Assembly (NCBI RefSeq): GCF_006345805.1
Contig: NW_021834349.1
Span: 1 to 49,054 of the forward strand
Reading direction: 5' to 3'
Source: Octopus sinensis
Taxonomy: Eukaryota
DNA: 49,054 nucleotides
Shown here: positions 13,262 to 25,690 of the stretch, one piece after another
Layout of the letters: the number at the start of each line of letters is the position of its first letter
Numbering within the stretch: the first letter of the stretch is position 1
The notes under the pieces: model-generated
What the model saw: only the letters and a program-made list of their open reading frames with translations
Told to the model about the DNA's origin: nothing
The model's database searches: none
Program-made: the position numbers and the translations under genes

Positions 13262-13505
13262 TGAAAGTTGTGGGGAGAGGACTAGTCAATTATATCGACC
13301 CCACCACTCCACTGGTACTTAACATATCGACCCTGAAAAGATGACAGGCAAAGTCGACCTCGGCGCAATTTGAACTCAGAGAGTAGCGGCAGACGAAATA
13401 CCTATTTATTTACTACCCACAAGGGGCTAAATCCAGAGAGGACAAACAAAGACAGACAAACGGATTAAGTCGATTATATCGATCCAGTGCGTAACTGGTA
13501 CTTAA
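13262..13505 (-). mobile_element. Nested SINE family A pair
   Basis: Family A body with the gaaatacc|tattt junction. Confidence 0.85.
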
Positions 13506-13514
13506 TTTAATATT

Positions 13515-13965
13515 TAATATTCTGCTCAATAGCACAGAATTGCTTGTCAGTTGTTTGACCATAACCAGTTGACCATGTCCTTTAGTGGCTGACGATATGT
13601 GCATCTCTGATCACGAGCAGAAGTAGTGGGGGAGCATCATAGCCATGTGTTGAAAGGAATTCTTAGAGGTTAGGATAATTCACCTTTGGAAACGTGGTTG
13701 GTTCGTTCAACATCCTTAAACAATCCTTATTCAGGGACCTTTTGAGCGAGATGGGCTACTCGACCAGAAGAAAATTCTAAGTGGGCCCCACCTGCAAGGT
13801 CATGCGCTGTTTATCTTCATATGAGATCACCATGTCGCGCACATATGGTTGTGATGCATGTACCTGGTGTGCCCTTATCAGACGGGTAGTCATGATGAGT
13901 ATACTGGGCTTCGTATATTTTACCTCAGTGTCACTTTGATGGCATGCACTGCTCCCTCATTCAAT
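13515..13965 (+). mobile_element. Family E non-coding interspersed repeat (3' part) ending in (AAT)n
   Basis: Shared sequence with the two other copies; ends cattc then aataat repeats. Confidence 0.8.
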
Positions 13966-13972
13966 AATAATG

Positions 13973-14039
<67 letters not shown>

Positions 14040-14325
14040 GAGGTAACTAGAATGTGGAATCTGAAAACAGAAACAATTCCTATCATAGTAGGTGCATTAG
14101 GCATGATAAAAAAATATTCAGACAAATACATAACAAAAACACCAGGACTTACAAACACATATAACATACAGAAAATGGCACTACTAGGCACTGCACACAT
14201 CCTACGCAGAACACTTTCCATACAATAACCATCAGAGCATCACAACAAATCACAGCACATACCCAAGGCACACAGAGCTGCGCTCGCTAGTGAAGTGAAA
14301 GCACGCTATAAAAATAAAACTACTG
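14040..14325 (+). mobile_element. 5'-truncated Dong/R4-like retrotransposon 3' end
   Basis: EVTRMWNLKTETIPIIVGALGMIKKYSDKYITKTPGLTNTYNIQKMALLGTAHILRRTLSIQ*; near-identical to 5841-6210; (AAT)n on both sides. Confidence 0.85.
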
Positions 14326-14344
14326 AATGATAATAATAATAATA

Positions 14345-14385
<41 letters not shown>

Positions 14386-14773
14386 GGCGCAGGAGTGGCT
14401 GTGTGGTAAGTAGCTTGCTAACCAACCACATGGTTCCGGGTTCAGTCCCACTGTGTGGCATCTTGGGCAAGTGTCTTCTGCTATAGCCCCGGGCCGACCA
14501 ATGCCTTGTGAGTGGATTTGGTAGACGGAAACTGAAAGAAGCCTGTCGTATATATGTATGTATATATATATATGTGTGTCTGTGTTTGTCCCCCTAGCAT
14601 TGCTTGACAACCGATGCTGGTGTGTTTACGTCCTCGTCACCTAGCGGTTCGGCAAAAGAGACCGATAGAATAAGTACTGGGCTGACAAAAGAATAAGTCC
14701 CGGGGTCGATTTGCTCGACTAAAGGCGGTTCTCCAGTCAAATGACTGAAACAAGTAAAAGAGTAAAAAGAGTA
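14386..14773 (+). mobile_element. SINE family D
   Basis: Full head, CORE-like motif and tail. Confidence 0.9.
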
Positions 14774-14796
14774 ATAATAATAATAACAATAATAAT

Positions 14797-14987
14797 GCCC
14801 TGATGCAGTATGAGGCAGTGGCTCTCGTGGCTTGTGATCTTAACTGATTGGAAGTGTTATCATGTACATTGTTTTGTCTTGGTATAAAAGATGAGCTACA
14901 GCTAATATTCTGCTCAATATTCTGCTCAATATCACAGATTTGCTTGTCAGTTGTTTGACCTTAACCAGTTGAGCATGTCCCTTAGTG
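14797..14987 (+). mobile_element. Family E repeat, 5' part, preceded by (AAT)n
   Basis: aataataat|gccctgatgcagt...; matches the other E copies. Confidence 0.75.
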
Positions 14988-15318
14988 TAACTACACCACT
15001 TCTGTTTTAAAACCCATATATATATATATATATATTTCAAAAATTTAACAAAAGCACAGCAAATAGAAATATTACAAAAGACGTAACAAACAGAAAATTC
15101 CTATCTTATTCGTCATCAGTCAACGTCCAGAAGATCATTACAATTTCGCGCCTTTAATGCTGATATCAATCCCTTCTGGTGGCGCCAGTGGTAAAAGCGA
15201 CTGGGAATAACTAACGAATGTACAAGACAATGACGAAAACAAACACGTTAAAATATAACATAATTATACAACAGAAAAAGCCGTGCGGCCGCAAGACGGG
15301 CAGACATGGTGTAACGAT

Positions 15319-15400
<82 letters not shown>

Positions 15401-16919
15401 ATATATATATATATGTATATATATATATACTGACATACCCCATATTTTCCCTAAATATTTTTCAATACTAAGCCTAGGGCCTTCTCTTTGCTATGAAGAT
15501 ACACACAAGAGCTGAGAATAGGTCCATCGATCCGGCGAATTGGCGGTGTCGTTAAAGTGTTGGACAGAATCTCTCACGGTATTTATCCTGAGTCTACGTT
15601 CAAATCCTTCTAAGGTTAATTTTTTTCTTTCATCCAGCTCAAAGTGGATTGGAAGAATTGTAATAACGATACCTTGCGTAATTTATTCCGGCCTTTTTAT
15701 GTTCGTAGTTCACATCCCGCCTTTGCCTGTTTGCTTGGTAGACTTAACCTGTCACCCAGTTTGATGACACCATCTTCTGGCACCAATGAAACATTTAGTG
15801 GAGTGCTGTCTGTTACAAGCATTCAAACTAGGTTTTCATTACGAGGACGTCCTCACCGCCCACCTATCAGTCTTGGAGGTCCTGTAAGGCGTATAAGCAT
15901 TGCTTTTCCTCCTGCAAAAAGAAAACAAGCAGCCTTGTTGCGTCAAGTCGCACGATTCTCATAAATCAGAAATCAGTGGAGGATGAAAATACCCTATCAA
16001 TTCACACCCATCTGAGAAAGCTGGTGAGAGATTGATTAAAGAAAGTTATCATCAACCCTCGTAATCGCTCCGCAGTGTTTTGACAGGCGATTAGAAAGGA
16101 AGCAACTTCCCGCTCTTCATCAATTTAACGATTTACTGTACATAATTATAACAGAATATATTTAAAATAACTTCGAAAACTACATAAAATGAAATTATGT
16201 GAAATAACTCAAGAATTTTAGAAACACCAAGAGATGAAATAAATCATTTTTACCTCTGGAACTTGAAAGTAAAGCTATAATTAATTGCATCAAAAACCCT
16301 TGGATGAAAAAGAAAAAAAACGTCGAAGGCTGCCGTTGGACTCGAACCCAGATCTACTTCGAACTCTCTTCATCCACTTTAAATGTGCATTATAGCTCTT
16401 TTCTAGTTTACAGAAGATTTGAGTTCGAGTCGTAAGGGCATCGTTCGACTTCTTTCCATTATTTGTAGCTTTATCTATTTCGAGACCCACCATTCAAAAC
16501 GAATTGTTCCGCATGAGAGACTGTGTTTTGCTAAGACAAGCGTAACTTTTTATGAATTTACTGCCATGTCACTAGCGTGATTTAATACAAAGAAATGACA
16601 CTGAAAGTCATACTACGCCCTATTCGTGTAACATGGAGCTTTGTTGACCAGGACTTCAAAAGAAAAAAAAAATGAATAACGAACTGAGTACATTTCGAAC
16701 GCAGTGAACATAGTTTGGGGCTTGACTGAGATCAACGAAGCGATTTGCTTCACTTTAGAGTTTCAATCTAAATACTGGCCGGTTTGTCGTTTATTCATTG
16801 ATTTATATTTTCATTTATTGGGTTCAGTCAGAGGCTGTGGCCATGCTGAGACACCAACATCAACATTAGCTTTGATGCTTGCTTATTTTAGACCGATTCG
16901 CCGACTCAGGTGAAGTAGT

Positions 16920-17130
16920 GAGTTGGACAAAGCTGCCCTGGACAATGCTACCCCTCTTTGCGTTTCTAACCGTGATGTGGAGAAAAATCTTGTATACCAG
17001 ATAAAAATTTGTCTAAATGTTCTTTGAACACATCCACTTTTACTCCTTGTAGATTTAATGATGCCTTTTGGTCATCTGTTGAAAAGTTGTGGGTCTTTGG
17101 ACACTAATCTTTTGCAGTAATGGGTCCATA
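16920..17130 (-). mobile_element. Possible CR1-like LINE 3' fragment
   Basis: Minus translation KVDVFKEHLDKFLSGIQD resembles FKRSLDRFLQGTPD of the 30790 CR1 fragment. Confidence 0.4.
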
Positions 17131-17159
17131 GTCTGAACGCCGAGGGCTGGATCTTTGGT

Positions 17160-18010
17160 GTCACGCATCCTTGTTTGACTCCGGTTTTGGTTCGAACGGA
17201 TCTGTCAGTTTGTTGTTACGTACGACTTGACATTCAAAGTTTTCTTACAATAAACGAATCATCTTGACTAATTTGCGTGTCAAACCATAGTATCTGAGAA
17301 CCTTCCAAAGTGTATCTCGGTGAAGGCTATCGAAAGCTTTTTCAAAGTCAACAAACAGCATGCACAAAGAGGAGTTCCAATCATGGAATTGTTCGAGTAT
17401 TTGGCGAATTACAAAAATATCGTCGTTACATGATTTTCCTTTCCTGAATCCAGCTTGTTCTTAGCAAAGTAATTAGCCTACTGTTGCTTCTGTTGTGATG
17501 CGCTGTAATATCTTTATGGGTGAATAATTTACTCGTGATTGATAACAGAGTGAATCCTCTCCAATAATTATTTTGATGCATCACCTTTCTTTGGTAATTT
17601 CACAATGAGTCCCTTTTTCCACTTGCTCAGTATTGTCTAGTTGATCCAGATATTTCATAAATTCTTTTGGTAAAAATTGGTAATATTTTGACCTCTGCTT
17701 TAAGCATTTCAGCACAAACTCCATCTAATCCTGATGATTTTCCATTTTTTAATTTATGGATAGCTTTTATGATTTCGTTTGCCGTGATCTCTGCTGTGTT
17801 GGTCTCCAAGTCCTTGTCCGCTTCTTTTATTTCGGTATAGAATTATGGGCTCTGGTCGATTAAGGATAGCTTTAAAGTGGTTCTTCCATCGTTCTGGTTT
17901 GGCTTTTACATCAGTTATTTTGATTCCATCTGCACCGTATAGAGGTAGATCGCAGTATCTTACTTGGTCTCCACTACGCAGTCTTTTCATTATTTTGTAC
18001 AGTGATCTTA
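17160..18010 (-). mobile_element. RTE-clade LINE ORF2 fragment (RT)
   Basis: ERWKNHFKAILN; IHKLKNGKSSGLDGVCAEMLK; WKKGLIVKLPKKGD; EQAGFRKGKSCNDDIFVIRQILEQ; LFVDFEKAFDSLHR; KTGVKQGC. Confidence 0.88.
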
Positions 18011-18051
18011 AATCTTTACCTTTGACAGCTAATTCATATATATATATATAT

Positions 18052-18102
<51 letters not shown>

Positions 18103-18165
18103 CACTATGGGCTCCGTGTGAGCAGTCATCTAAAAGTTTTATGTGCATCTTGATGTTGACATAAG

Positions 18166-18264
18166 TTCCTTGCTTTTCCTGATGAGAAAGCGGCATAATA
18201 TACTCCTTATTCCTTCGCAATTAGGAATATGCAGCCTTCGAAACATATGTCGAAAATAAAGGAA
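18166..18264 (+). ncRNA. Type I hammerhead ribozyme (family H2), predicted cleavage after GUC at 18251
   Basis: ttccttgcttttc-CTGATGA(18179-85)-gaaagcggcata...tatgcagccttc-GAAA(18240-43)-catat-GTC-gaaaataaaggaa. Stem I pairs 11/13, G10.1-C11.1 is canonical, and stem III ACATATGT is self-complementary. Confidence 0.8.
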
Positions 18265-18297
18265 TTTTGTTAATTCGTCGTTCAACTCCATTCTTTC

Positions 18298-18351
<54 letters not shown>

Positions 18352-18367
18352 CGTATGTATATGTATA

Positions 18368-18560
18368 TACAGGGTGCGGTGAATAAATTGTAGTCTAAAT
18401 GGCGCAAAAATGAAAATAACACTGACAGCTCATTTTAACAGATATATTTATCAAAATTACATTAAAAAGCATCTTGAAATACTAAAGAGTAAATTTATTC
18501 AATAAAATTGTTATTGGTTTCAACCACGGCCTCCTGATGACTTTGGAATCTCCTGCAACT
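18368..18560 (-). mobile_element. Tc1/mariner-like terminal fragment
   Basis: tacagggtg TIR-type end next to a TA repeat. Confidence 0.45.
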
Positions 18561-18569
18561 CTTCTGGGT

Positions 18570-19640
18570 GGTCTCCTTGTTTTAGTTGGTAAATGCTGCT
18601 ATAAACCTTGCCTGTATTGTCTTTATCCTTTTTACAATATACAATTTTATGCATATATCTTGCTTTATTAAGGGCTACATTATAGTATTGAGCATTACTA
18701 TTAAAACTTTTTTCATTAGAAAAAAAAAATGAAATACATCTCGAAATATATTTAACCAAAGTACTTGTAATTGCTTTAGGGTGATTACTATTACAATTAG
18801 TAAACTTCAAGTTAGTATTAGGTTTATGATATGGTCTATATTGGTCTGTAACAAGATTCAGATTAATATCTAAATAATTAAGGGAATCATGTTCGTTTTC
18901 AATAGAAATAGATAAACCAAAATCTTTTTTTTTAAATCGTGAAATCTTTTCATATACAAATTCAATTTTCTATTGGATAGTGTATTAATTAAAAAACAGT
19001 GGAGGCGCAATAGCCCAGTGGTTAGGGCAGCGGACTTGCGGTCATAGGATCGCGGTTTCGATTCCCAGACCGGGCGTTGTGAGTGTTTATTGAGCGAAAA
19101 CACCTAAAGCTCCACGAGGCTCCGGCAGGGGATGGTGGTGATCCCTGCTGTACTCTTTCACCACAACTTTCTCTCACTCTTACTTCCTGTTTCTGTTGTA
19201 CCTGTATTTCAAAGGGCCGGCCTTGTCACTCTCTGTGTCACGCTGAATATCCCCGAGAACTACGTTAAGGGTACGCGTGTCTGTGGAGTGCTCAGCCACT
19301 TACACGTTAATTTCACGAGCAGGCTGTTACGTTGATTCGGATCAACCGGAACCCTCGTCGTCGTAACCGACGGAGTGCTTCCAATTAAAAACAGCGCATC
19401 ATCCTTATATAATCGACCTTTATTTTCCGGAAATTCACTACCTAAATAAAACAGAATGTACACCTCCCCACCACAAGATCAGTAACCTGGGCAGAATCAG
19501 CTGATCCAATAGTAACATCAAAATTACTATGAATAATTTTTCTAATCCAGTATTTATTATCAAACAACATTACTGATTTTCTAGCTTCTAAAATTATTTT
19601 AATTTCTTTTAAAGTGAGGTTAGATATATTTTTAGCAAAC
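18570..19640 (-). mobile_element. Penelope-like element reverse transcriptase fragment, interrupted by a SINE
   Basis: Minus: IILEARKSVMLFDNKYWIRK..SNFDVTIGSADSAQVTDLV; GRLYKDDAL; FGLSISIENEHDSLNYLDINLNL..YRPYHKPN..NSNHPKAI; YYNVALNKARY. These are PLE RT/thumb-type motifs. Confidence 0.8.
19000..19382 (+). mobile_element. SINE family B with TSD
   Basis: TSD aattaaaaa(a)cag on both sides; inserted in the PLE RT. Confidence 0.92.
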
Positions 19641-19685
19641 ATATATATACATATATGCGTATGTATATGTATGTACGTATGTTTG

Positions 19686-19718
<33 letters not shown>

Positions 19719-20180
19719 ATACAGATACATATGTATGCATGTATGTTTGTATCTACGAATGTGTTGAGCAAGTTACTGGTATTCGCCAAAAAAACCTCTT
19801 TAACTTTGAAAAGTATCGTAATTTTCGACAGTGGATTTTAAGTCTTGAGAAAACTTGAAATATTCTGCCAGAAGAGAAAGAAGAAAAATAATAAGAGGGA
19901 AAAAATGAGGAGAACAGAGAGAGAAAGAAAGCGAGCGAGCGAAAGAGAGAGAGAGAGAGAGTATTTCTTTATTCACCAAAAGGTTGAGAAAAAGAGGGGA
20001 CAAAACAAACGTTGGGGTCAGGGTATCGAATGAGACGAAACATGAATAAACAAACAATTAAAATATATACAATTAAATGAGAATGAGTGATTAACAAAAA
20101 ATGAAGCGGAGGACGCGGTCGACCCCACAAACCACAGACTCACACTGAAGACTTTGCTTTCTCCTTTTTCACACTCTCGA

Positions 20181-23100
20181 TTAAACAGGTTCTTTCACTC
20201 GCAACATACTTGCTATAGACTTCCATCTTTTACGAAACACACTTTGCGACAGGCATTTCTTCTCCAGCCTTATTTTCCGTTTCATGTGGAAAACGAAAAA
20301 GTCGATTAGCTCGAGACTGGAGATAAACATGCCTGTTGCAATTCCTTTTACTCTCGTCTTCCACACTACTTCTTTCGCCATAGCAACTACCGAAAGAAAA
20401 AGGCTCGCTCCTCCCTATTCAGGAAGGTCGGCGGAACTATCTTAATTACAGATTCGCTCGACAGTTGTACTCTTCTCGAATGCGACAGCAGGTGTTCGAC
20501 ATAAGTCCAGAGTTCAGTCACCTTGGGGCATTGCACAATCGCGTGCAGGACAGTTTCACTGTCCCTCTTCATCTTGCACAAACGGCGAAGGTGCACACCC
20601 ATGTCTAAAGAGCTTATCTCGAACCGGTAAAGCTCCTCTGTAACATTGCCAGGCCAGGGACTTTTGGTAATTATCCATAGGCCCCGGACCGAATGTTCTT
20701 TGGAACAGGCTGGCCAGTTGATTTTCGTTGAAGCCCAGAGTTTCTCCTAGGACGTCGTCACACTTAAACTCTACTAACCCTCTATAGAAGAAAGCGGTAG
20801 TAGCCCCGCCACCGGCGTTGCCCGACTGGGAGAGAAGCACGAGTGCCTGATAGCACTCTGCATGCCACATGCCCAACCTCGGTCTACACTTGATCCATGG
20901 ATTCAGTTCGTTAAACGATGTGAACTGTGGAAATAACAGCTTGACAAACGGAGACCACACCTGCTCACCGTCCAGGTAAATCCAGAGGTGCCTAAGCCTG
21001 AGCGCATGTCTGCGCATTTTTAGCCACGCATCCCTAACCCACCCTTCAGCGGCTTTTGGCAGAAATAGAGCGCCTTACAAGAGGTCTGCTGCCCCTCCAC
21101 AAAAAGCGAAAGAGCATGCGTTCCAGTTTGTTCAGCCACGAATCGGGGCAAAGCACTACGGTAGGCGGTAAGTGATTACAGAGGCGATAAACACTTCTGC
21201 AACCTCCGCCCTCCCTTTCAAGGACAGTTTCCGCTCAGACCATGTCTGAGTTAGGAGAGCCACCTTTCTCGCCACCTCGCTCCAGTTCTTCTCTATCTGG
21301 AGATCTGGACCTAACCAGATCCCAAGCATTTTCACCGGTCCTTCCGTCCAACGTCCTACGACGCTGTCGGAAGACATCGACTTGCCCCTCCAGGTGCCGA
21401 GTTGCAAGCCGACCGATTTATCCCGGTTGACTTTCGCTCCTGCCACCGCTTCGTAGTCCCTTAAGGCCTCACCCACCCACTGTAGGTGCTCGACTCGGGA
21501 AACGATGACGGTGATGTCGTCCGCATACGCCGAAGCTGACTTTCCGCACCCTAGATCTGGGGGGTGCCTCTCATAGTTTCCAACCTCCTCAGCAACGGCT
21601 CGAGGGCCAAAACGTAGAGAAGCGGGGAGAGAGGACACCCTTGACGTACCGAACGTTCAATGCTGAACGGCTCCGAAAGGAAACCACCCGAACTACCGAT
21701 TCGATATTGCTGTATAAAGCGATGATCCATCCGCGGAAGGTCGGGCCGAAGCCAGCCGCCGCGAGGACCGCCGCCAGATACTGATGGTCCATCCTATCAA
21801 ACGCTTTCGATTGGTCCAAGTGGACCATAGCCCCACCCTTGCCAGGAATCCTATTTACCCTTTCTAAGGCATAGCGTAGAAAGTGGAGATTGTCGTGGAT
21901 GGTCCTTCCAGGGATGGCGCAAGTTTGCACCTCGCCAACAAGTTCACCCACGACCCTCGCCAACCTTTTTGCTAAGACCTTGGCCAAGATCTTCAACTCT
22001 GCGTTAAGCAGAGTGATAGGCCGGAAATTATCAATTAAATCCCCCTTGTTTGGGTCCTTTCTTAACAGCGCTACCACCCCTCGGCTCACAGACTTAGGAA
22101 TTCTCCCGTTCTGCTGCCAGTTGGTGTACACGCATGCAAGTAGGTGCCCAAACAAGTCTGGCATGCTACTATAGAGTTCGTAAGGCAGACCATCGAGTCC
22201 CGGCGATTTGTCCCCGCCGCAGTCTGCCAACATATCCTCGACTTCTTTGGCTGTGATCGGCGCCTCACAAGATTCCGCGTCCGGCCTCGATAGACGCGGC
22301 GAACCGGCTAGGAAGTCTGCGAGCTTCTCCCCGCGCTCCAGCTCGCCGCTCCTCCCGAATAGCTGGGCGAAATGATCATGAAACACCTTGCACATCTCCT
22401 CGGGTTCGTTTACTAATCGACCATTTGGGCCCGTCAAGGATCGAATGGTTGAGTTGTTGCCACGCTGGCCCTCTACCACCCGGCCCATCCGGCTGCGTTG
22501 ATCCCTTCCTGTCTCATTGCACGGATCTTAGCCCTGACATTCACCCTTCATGTTTAGCTTGAGATGTTGGTCTAGTGCTAACCTCGCCGCTAACACTTTC
22601 GATGCACTGCCTGACCTCATTGCCTCCTCTATTGCCTTAACTAGTTCCTTTTCTACTTTGTTTCTAGCACTAGCTAGTTCTTTGCTAAACCTAATTGACT
22701 CAAATTTGATGGCTCTTTCAGGGCGTACCACCATTTATTGTTGATAATGGATCCGGTTAACGCCCTCATTACTAATTGTTTAATCCGATTCCTGTAGGCT
22801 TCACAGTCCAATAGTGACTTGTTTAGCTTCCAGTAACCGGTACCTTGTCTACACATGCTATCTATGTCGAGCGTACAGGTCACTAATTTGTGATCGCTGT
22901 AGCTGACGATATGGTGTTGTGGACAGCTAAGTATTTTCTTATCTTTCCTTCTAGTTATATTCTATCGATATAAGATCTGGACGACCCGTCGTTTCTTGCC
23001 CAGGTCCACTCTGGAATGTCTGGATGGTCCAGTCTGAATCTATCTGCCAATTCGAAACGACTTAGCATATCGTTGAGGTGAGGTAATCCCCTCGTATTCT

Positions 23101-23590
23101 TTCTTGAGCCAACATAATCTACGCTTGCATCGCAAATTATGTTGAAGTCACCTAGCAATACTAACGTGTTCGACGTGCCAAGAAAATTCTCTAGGCTTTT
23201 GAAATACTCTTTCTGCCCGGCTTTTCCTTCGCAGGGAGCATAGACAGCGACCAGCCTGAACACTTTACCACTGCTGTGCGTCACATCCAAAACGACCAAC
23301 CTGCCTTCCGGATCTATAAAGACAGTTCTAATCTCTAAATCCAGGTTTTTCTGACCAGCACTGCACTGCCACTCCTCCTCCCCCTCCAGGTCGACAGGGA
23401 GAATGTATTTCTCGTAGCCGTTTAGAAGGGGCGAAAAAGCCTGCAGCCCACTCAGTCTGGATTCGGTAATTACCACTACATCCAAACGATGCGACCTAAG
23501 GTCGTTAAGGAGCTAGCCTTGCTTCCAATACGACCCCAGGCCGCGAGTATTTATACAACCGAGTTTAAACGAGAATGTGAAAATTTAGTC
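20181..23590 (-). pseudogene. Tx1-clade ORF2 (AP endonuclease + reverse transcriptase), frameshifted as assembled
   Basis: KLGCINTRGL, DVVVITESRL, LVAVYAP, LLGDFN, SRSYIDRI, SDHKLV (APE); [50 protein letters not shown] (RT); ETVLHAIVQCP. Confidence 0.92.
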
Positions 23591-23899
23591 GAATGTTTAC
23601 AACTTACTGTTTTAACAGAAGAGAGGGTGTAGCTCCACCCTCATCTTTTCTGTCTGTGAGTGTTGTGTTTTGCGAGGTCAGTTTTTTTGCGAATTGCTTG
23701 TACAGATGGCTTGAAAAGTTCATCTGTAACGGGCCTACGTCCTCCGCAAAAGATTTTTTAATTTCAAAATAATCCGCGTTATCTATCGTATAAAATTCTA
23801 CATTTTCAGATATAATACTATTTATATCTGTTGCGATATATTTTTTCGCCGATTTCAGTAAATTAATTTTTTCCCTTAATGGGTTATTGTTTTTATTTA

Positions 23900-25221
23900 T
23901 CGCCGTGAAGGTGTTTTTCTTTTTTTTTTTGTTAGTGATTGTGGAGGGGGCTGTGTGTGTGTGTTTGTGGGTGTGTGTGTGCTTGTAGAAGCGTGGGTGT
24001 CTGTAGGTGTGTGCGTGCTTGTGGTAGGTGTGTGAGTGTTTGTGTGTGCTTTTTCCAGTGTGTGTGTTTTTTTTTGGCTACGTGTGTGTTTGCGACTGTA
24101 TTTGTGGGTGTGGGTGTGCTTGTCTGTGTCAGAGTATAGTCCTGTGTATCCGAAGAGGGTGGATTTTTCCGTTTCCGTCTTCTTTTTGAAGCTTCCACGT
24201 TGACCCACTCCTGGATGTTGTTTTGTTTTTGTCGTCGTTTGTGTCGTTGTTTTCTCCCGTTGTCGGCTGAATTTCGGCAATTGGGGTGCGCGACGTGGCT
24301 GCTATTTCTAGCGGCGGTGAAGTTGTTTTCGGCGTCGTGCTTGCCTCTGTAGTATTTTCTTTCGCTGTCTTCTTGCAGCTCGACCTTATGTGGCCTTTCT
24401 CGCCACATTTATAGCACCTCGGTTTTCTTCCCTCGACTATTACCATCAAGGTGGTATTCTCCAATGGTGAGGGAGCTTGGCAATTTTTCCAAGTCCGAGG
24501 GGTTCGCTTGGATCACAAGCTCTAAGTCCTGTCCATACCAGGTTGTGGGCGATATCTTTTAGACTGAAGAATGGCAATTTCTTCCTCTTTGCCTAAGAGA
24601 ATCGCTGCTGTTATAAGTCCACATCTATTTCGGGCGGAATGTCCGTAACCGTTATTCTACTAGTTCTCATTCCTAAATAAAATGGTAAAGAACTACCTCT
24701 TCTGACTTCAACGTTCTTGTTGAATGTTCCCTAGCTATTTCTTCGCTAGGGAAACGCACCTCTACCGTGCCGAAGCGACTACCCCTTGTTATAAACGTAG
24801 TTTGTTGCCATATCGGCCTCAAACATTTTTCAATGGCTTCTCTCTGTACGAAGTCAATTTTCTTATTTTTGACATTATACGTCTTGTATATGACAGTTTT
24901 TCTCTCCGTCGCGTAAATCAATTCACTGGGAGGGAACAACTTTACATTATCACCTTTTTTTAGTAGTCCTTGGTATTTCTTTAATTCTTCCTTGTTAATG
25001 ACTATATTTTCACAGGGGCGAGTTGCTGCACTCGCAAAATTTATTTTTGCCTTTTCTTGTCGTTTACTAGCTTCGCCAGACATATTGTCGTCTGCTTTTG
25101 TGACGCTCGCGTGAGACGTCTCTTTACTTCTACCTTCCTCCTCCCGCATTTTCGCCTTCATGCCTTCAAACAAATTTTCAACGTTTTCCTCCGACTCGGA
25201 GGAGACTGGTTGCAAATTCAT
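23900..25221 (-). pseudogene. Tx1-clade ORF1 (gag-like, zinc knuckle), frameshifted as assembled; C-terminal end approximate
   Basis: ORFs 24673-25221 and 24129-24464; VIVEGRKPRCYKCGEKGHIRSSC is C-x2-C-x4-H-x4-C. Confidence 0.8.
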
Positions 25222-25381
25222 GTCTTTTCGTCACTTCCCCCTTGAAACAAGGGGGAAAGAACAGCAGAACTCTGCTGCAACAGCAGAAAAGAAGTGGCCT
25301 CGACGACCAAAACAGCAAATTTTCAAACTTTTCAGCACAAAACAATCTTTCACTGCGGAGCAAAGAATAACACGACCGATC

Positions 25382-25384
<3 letters not shown>

Positions 25385-25420
<36 letters not shown>

Positions 25421-25690
25421 GTAGAACTGGAGAGATTCAGAGAGAGTGAGTGAGGAGAGAGCGATAGAGAGAGAGAGAGCGATAGAGAGAGAGAGAGCTA
25501 TAGAGAGAGAGAGAGAGCGAGAGAGAGAGAGCGTAGAGAGAGAAAGAAATGAACCGAAAGAAAGAGGAATAAAGAAAGAATGAACAACAAGAAAAAAGAA
25601 AGAAAGAAAGAAAGAAAGGAAAGAAAGTAGAGAAATAACGAAAGAAAGCAGAAAGAAATAAATTGAGAAAGAGCGATAGCAATAATAAAA
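25385..25690. repeat. (GA)n / (GAAA)n purine tract
   Basis: Directly visible. Confidence 0.9.

Larger units (their letters stand above)
19962..25384 (-). mobile_element. Near full-length Tx1/L1-clade non-LTR retrotransposon flanked by (TC)n
   Basis: ORF1 with CCHC knuckle, ORF2 with APE + RT + C-terminal Cys motif; AATAAA (plus tttatt 19968-73) just before (TC)n; (TC)n also at the 5' end (25385-25418). Confidence 0.92.

Noticed and set aside
15857-15911. Possible minus-strand micro-exon (ttttgcag acceptor; GKAMLIRLTGPPRLIG)
   Set aside because: Weak donor, no recognisable protein and no neighbouring exons; would need RNA-seq.
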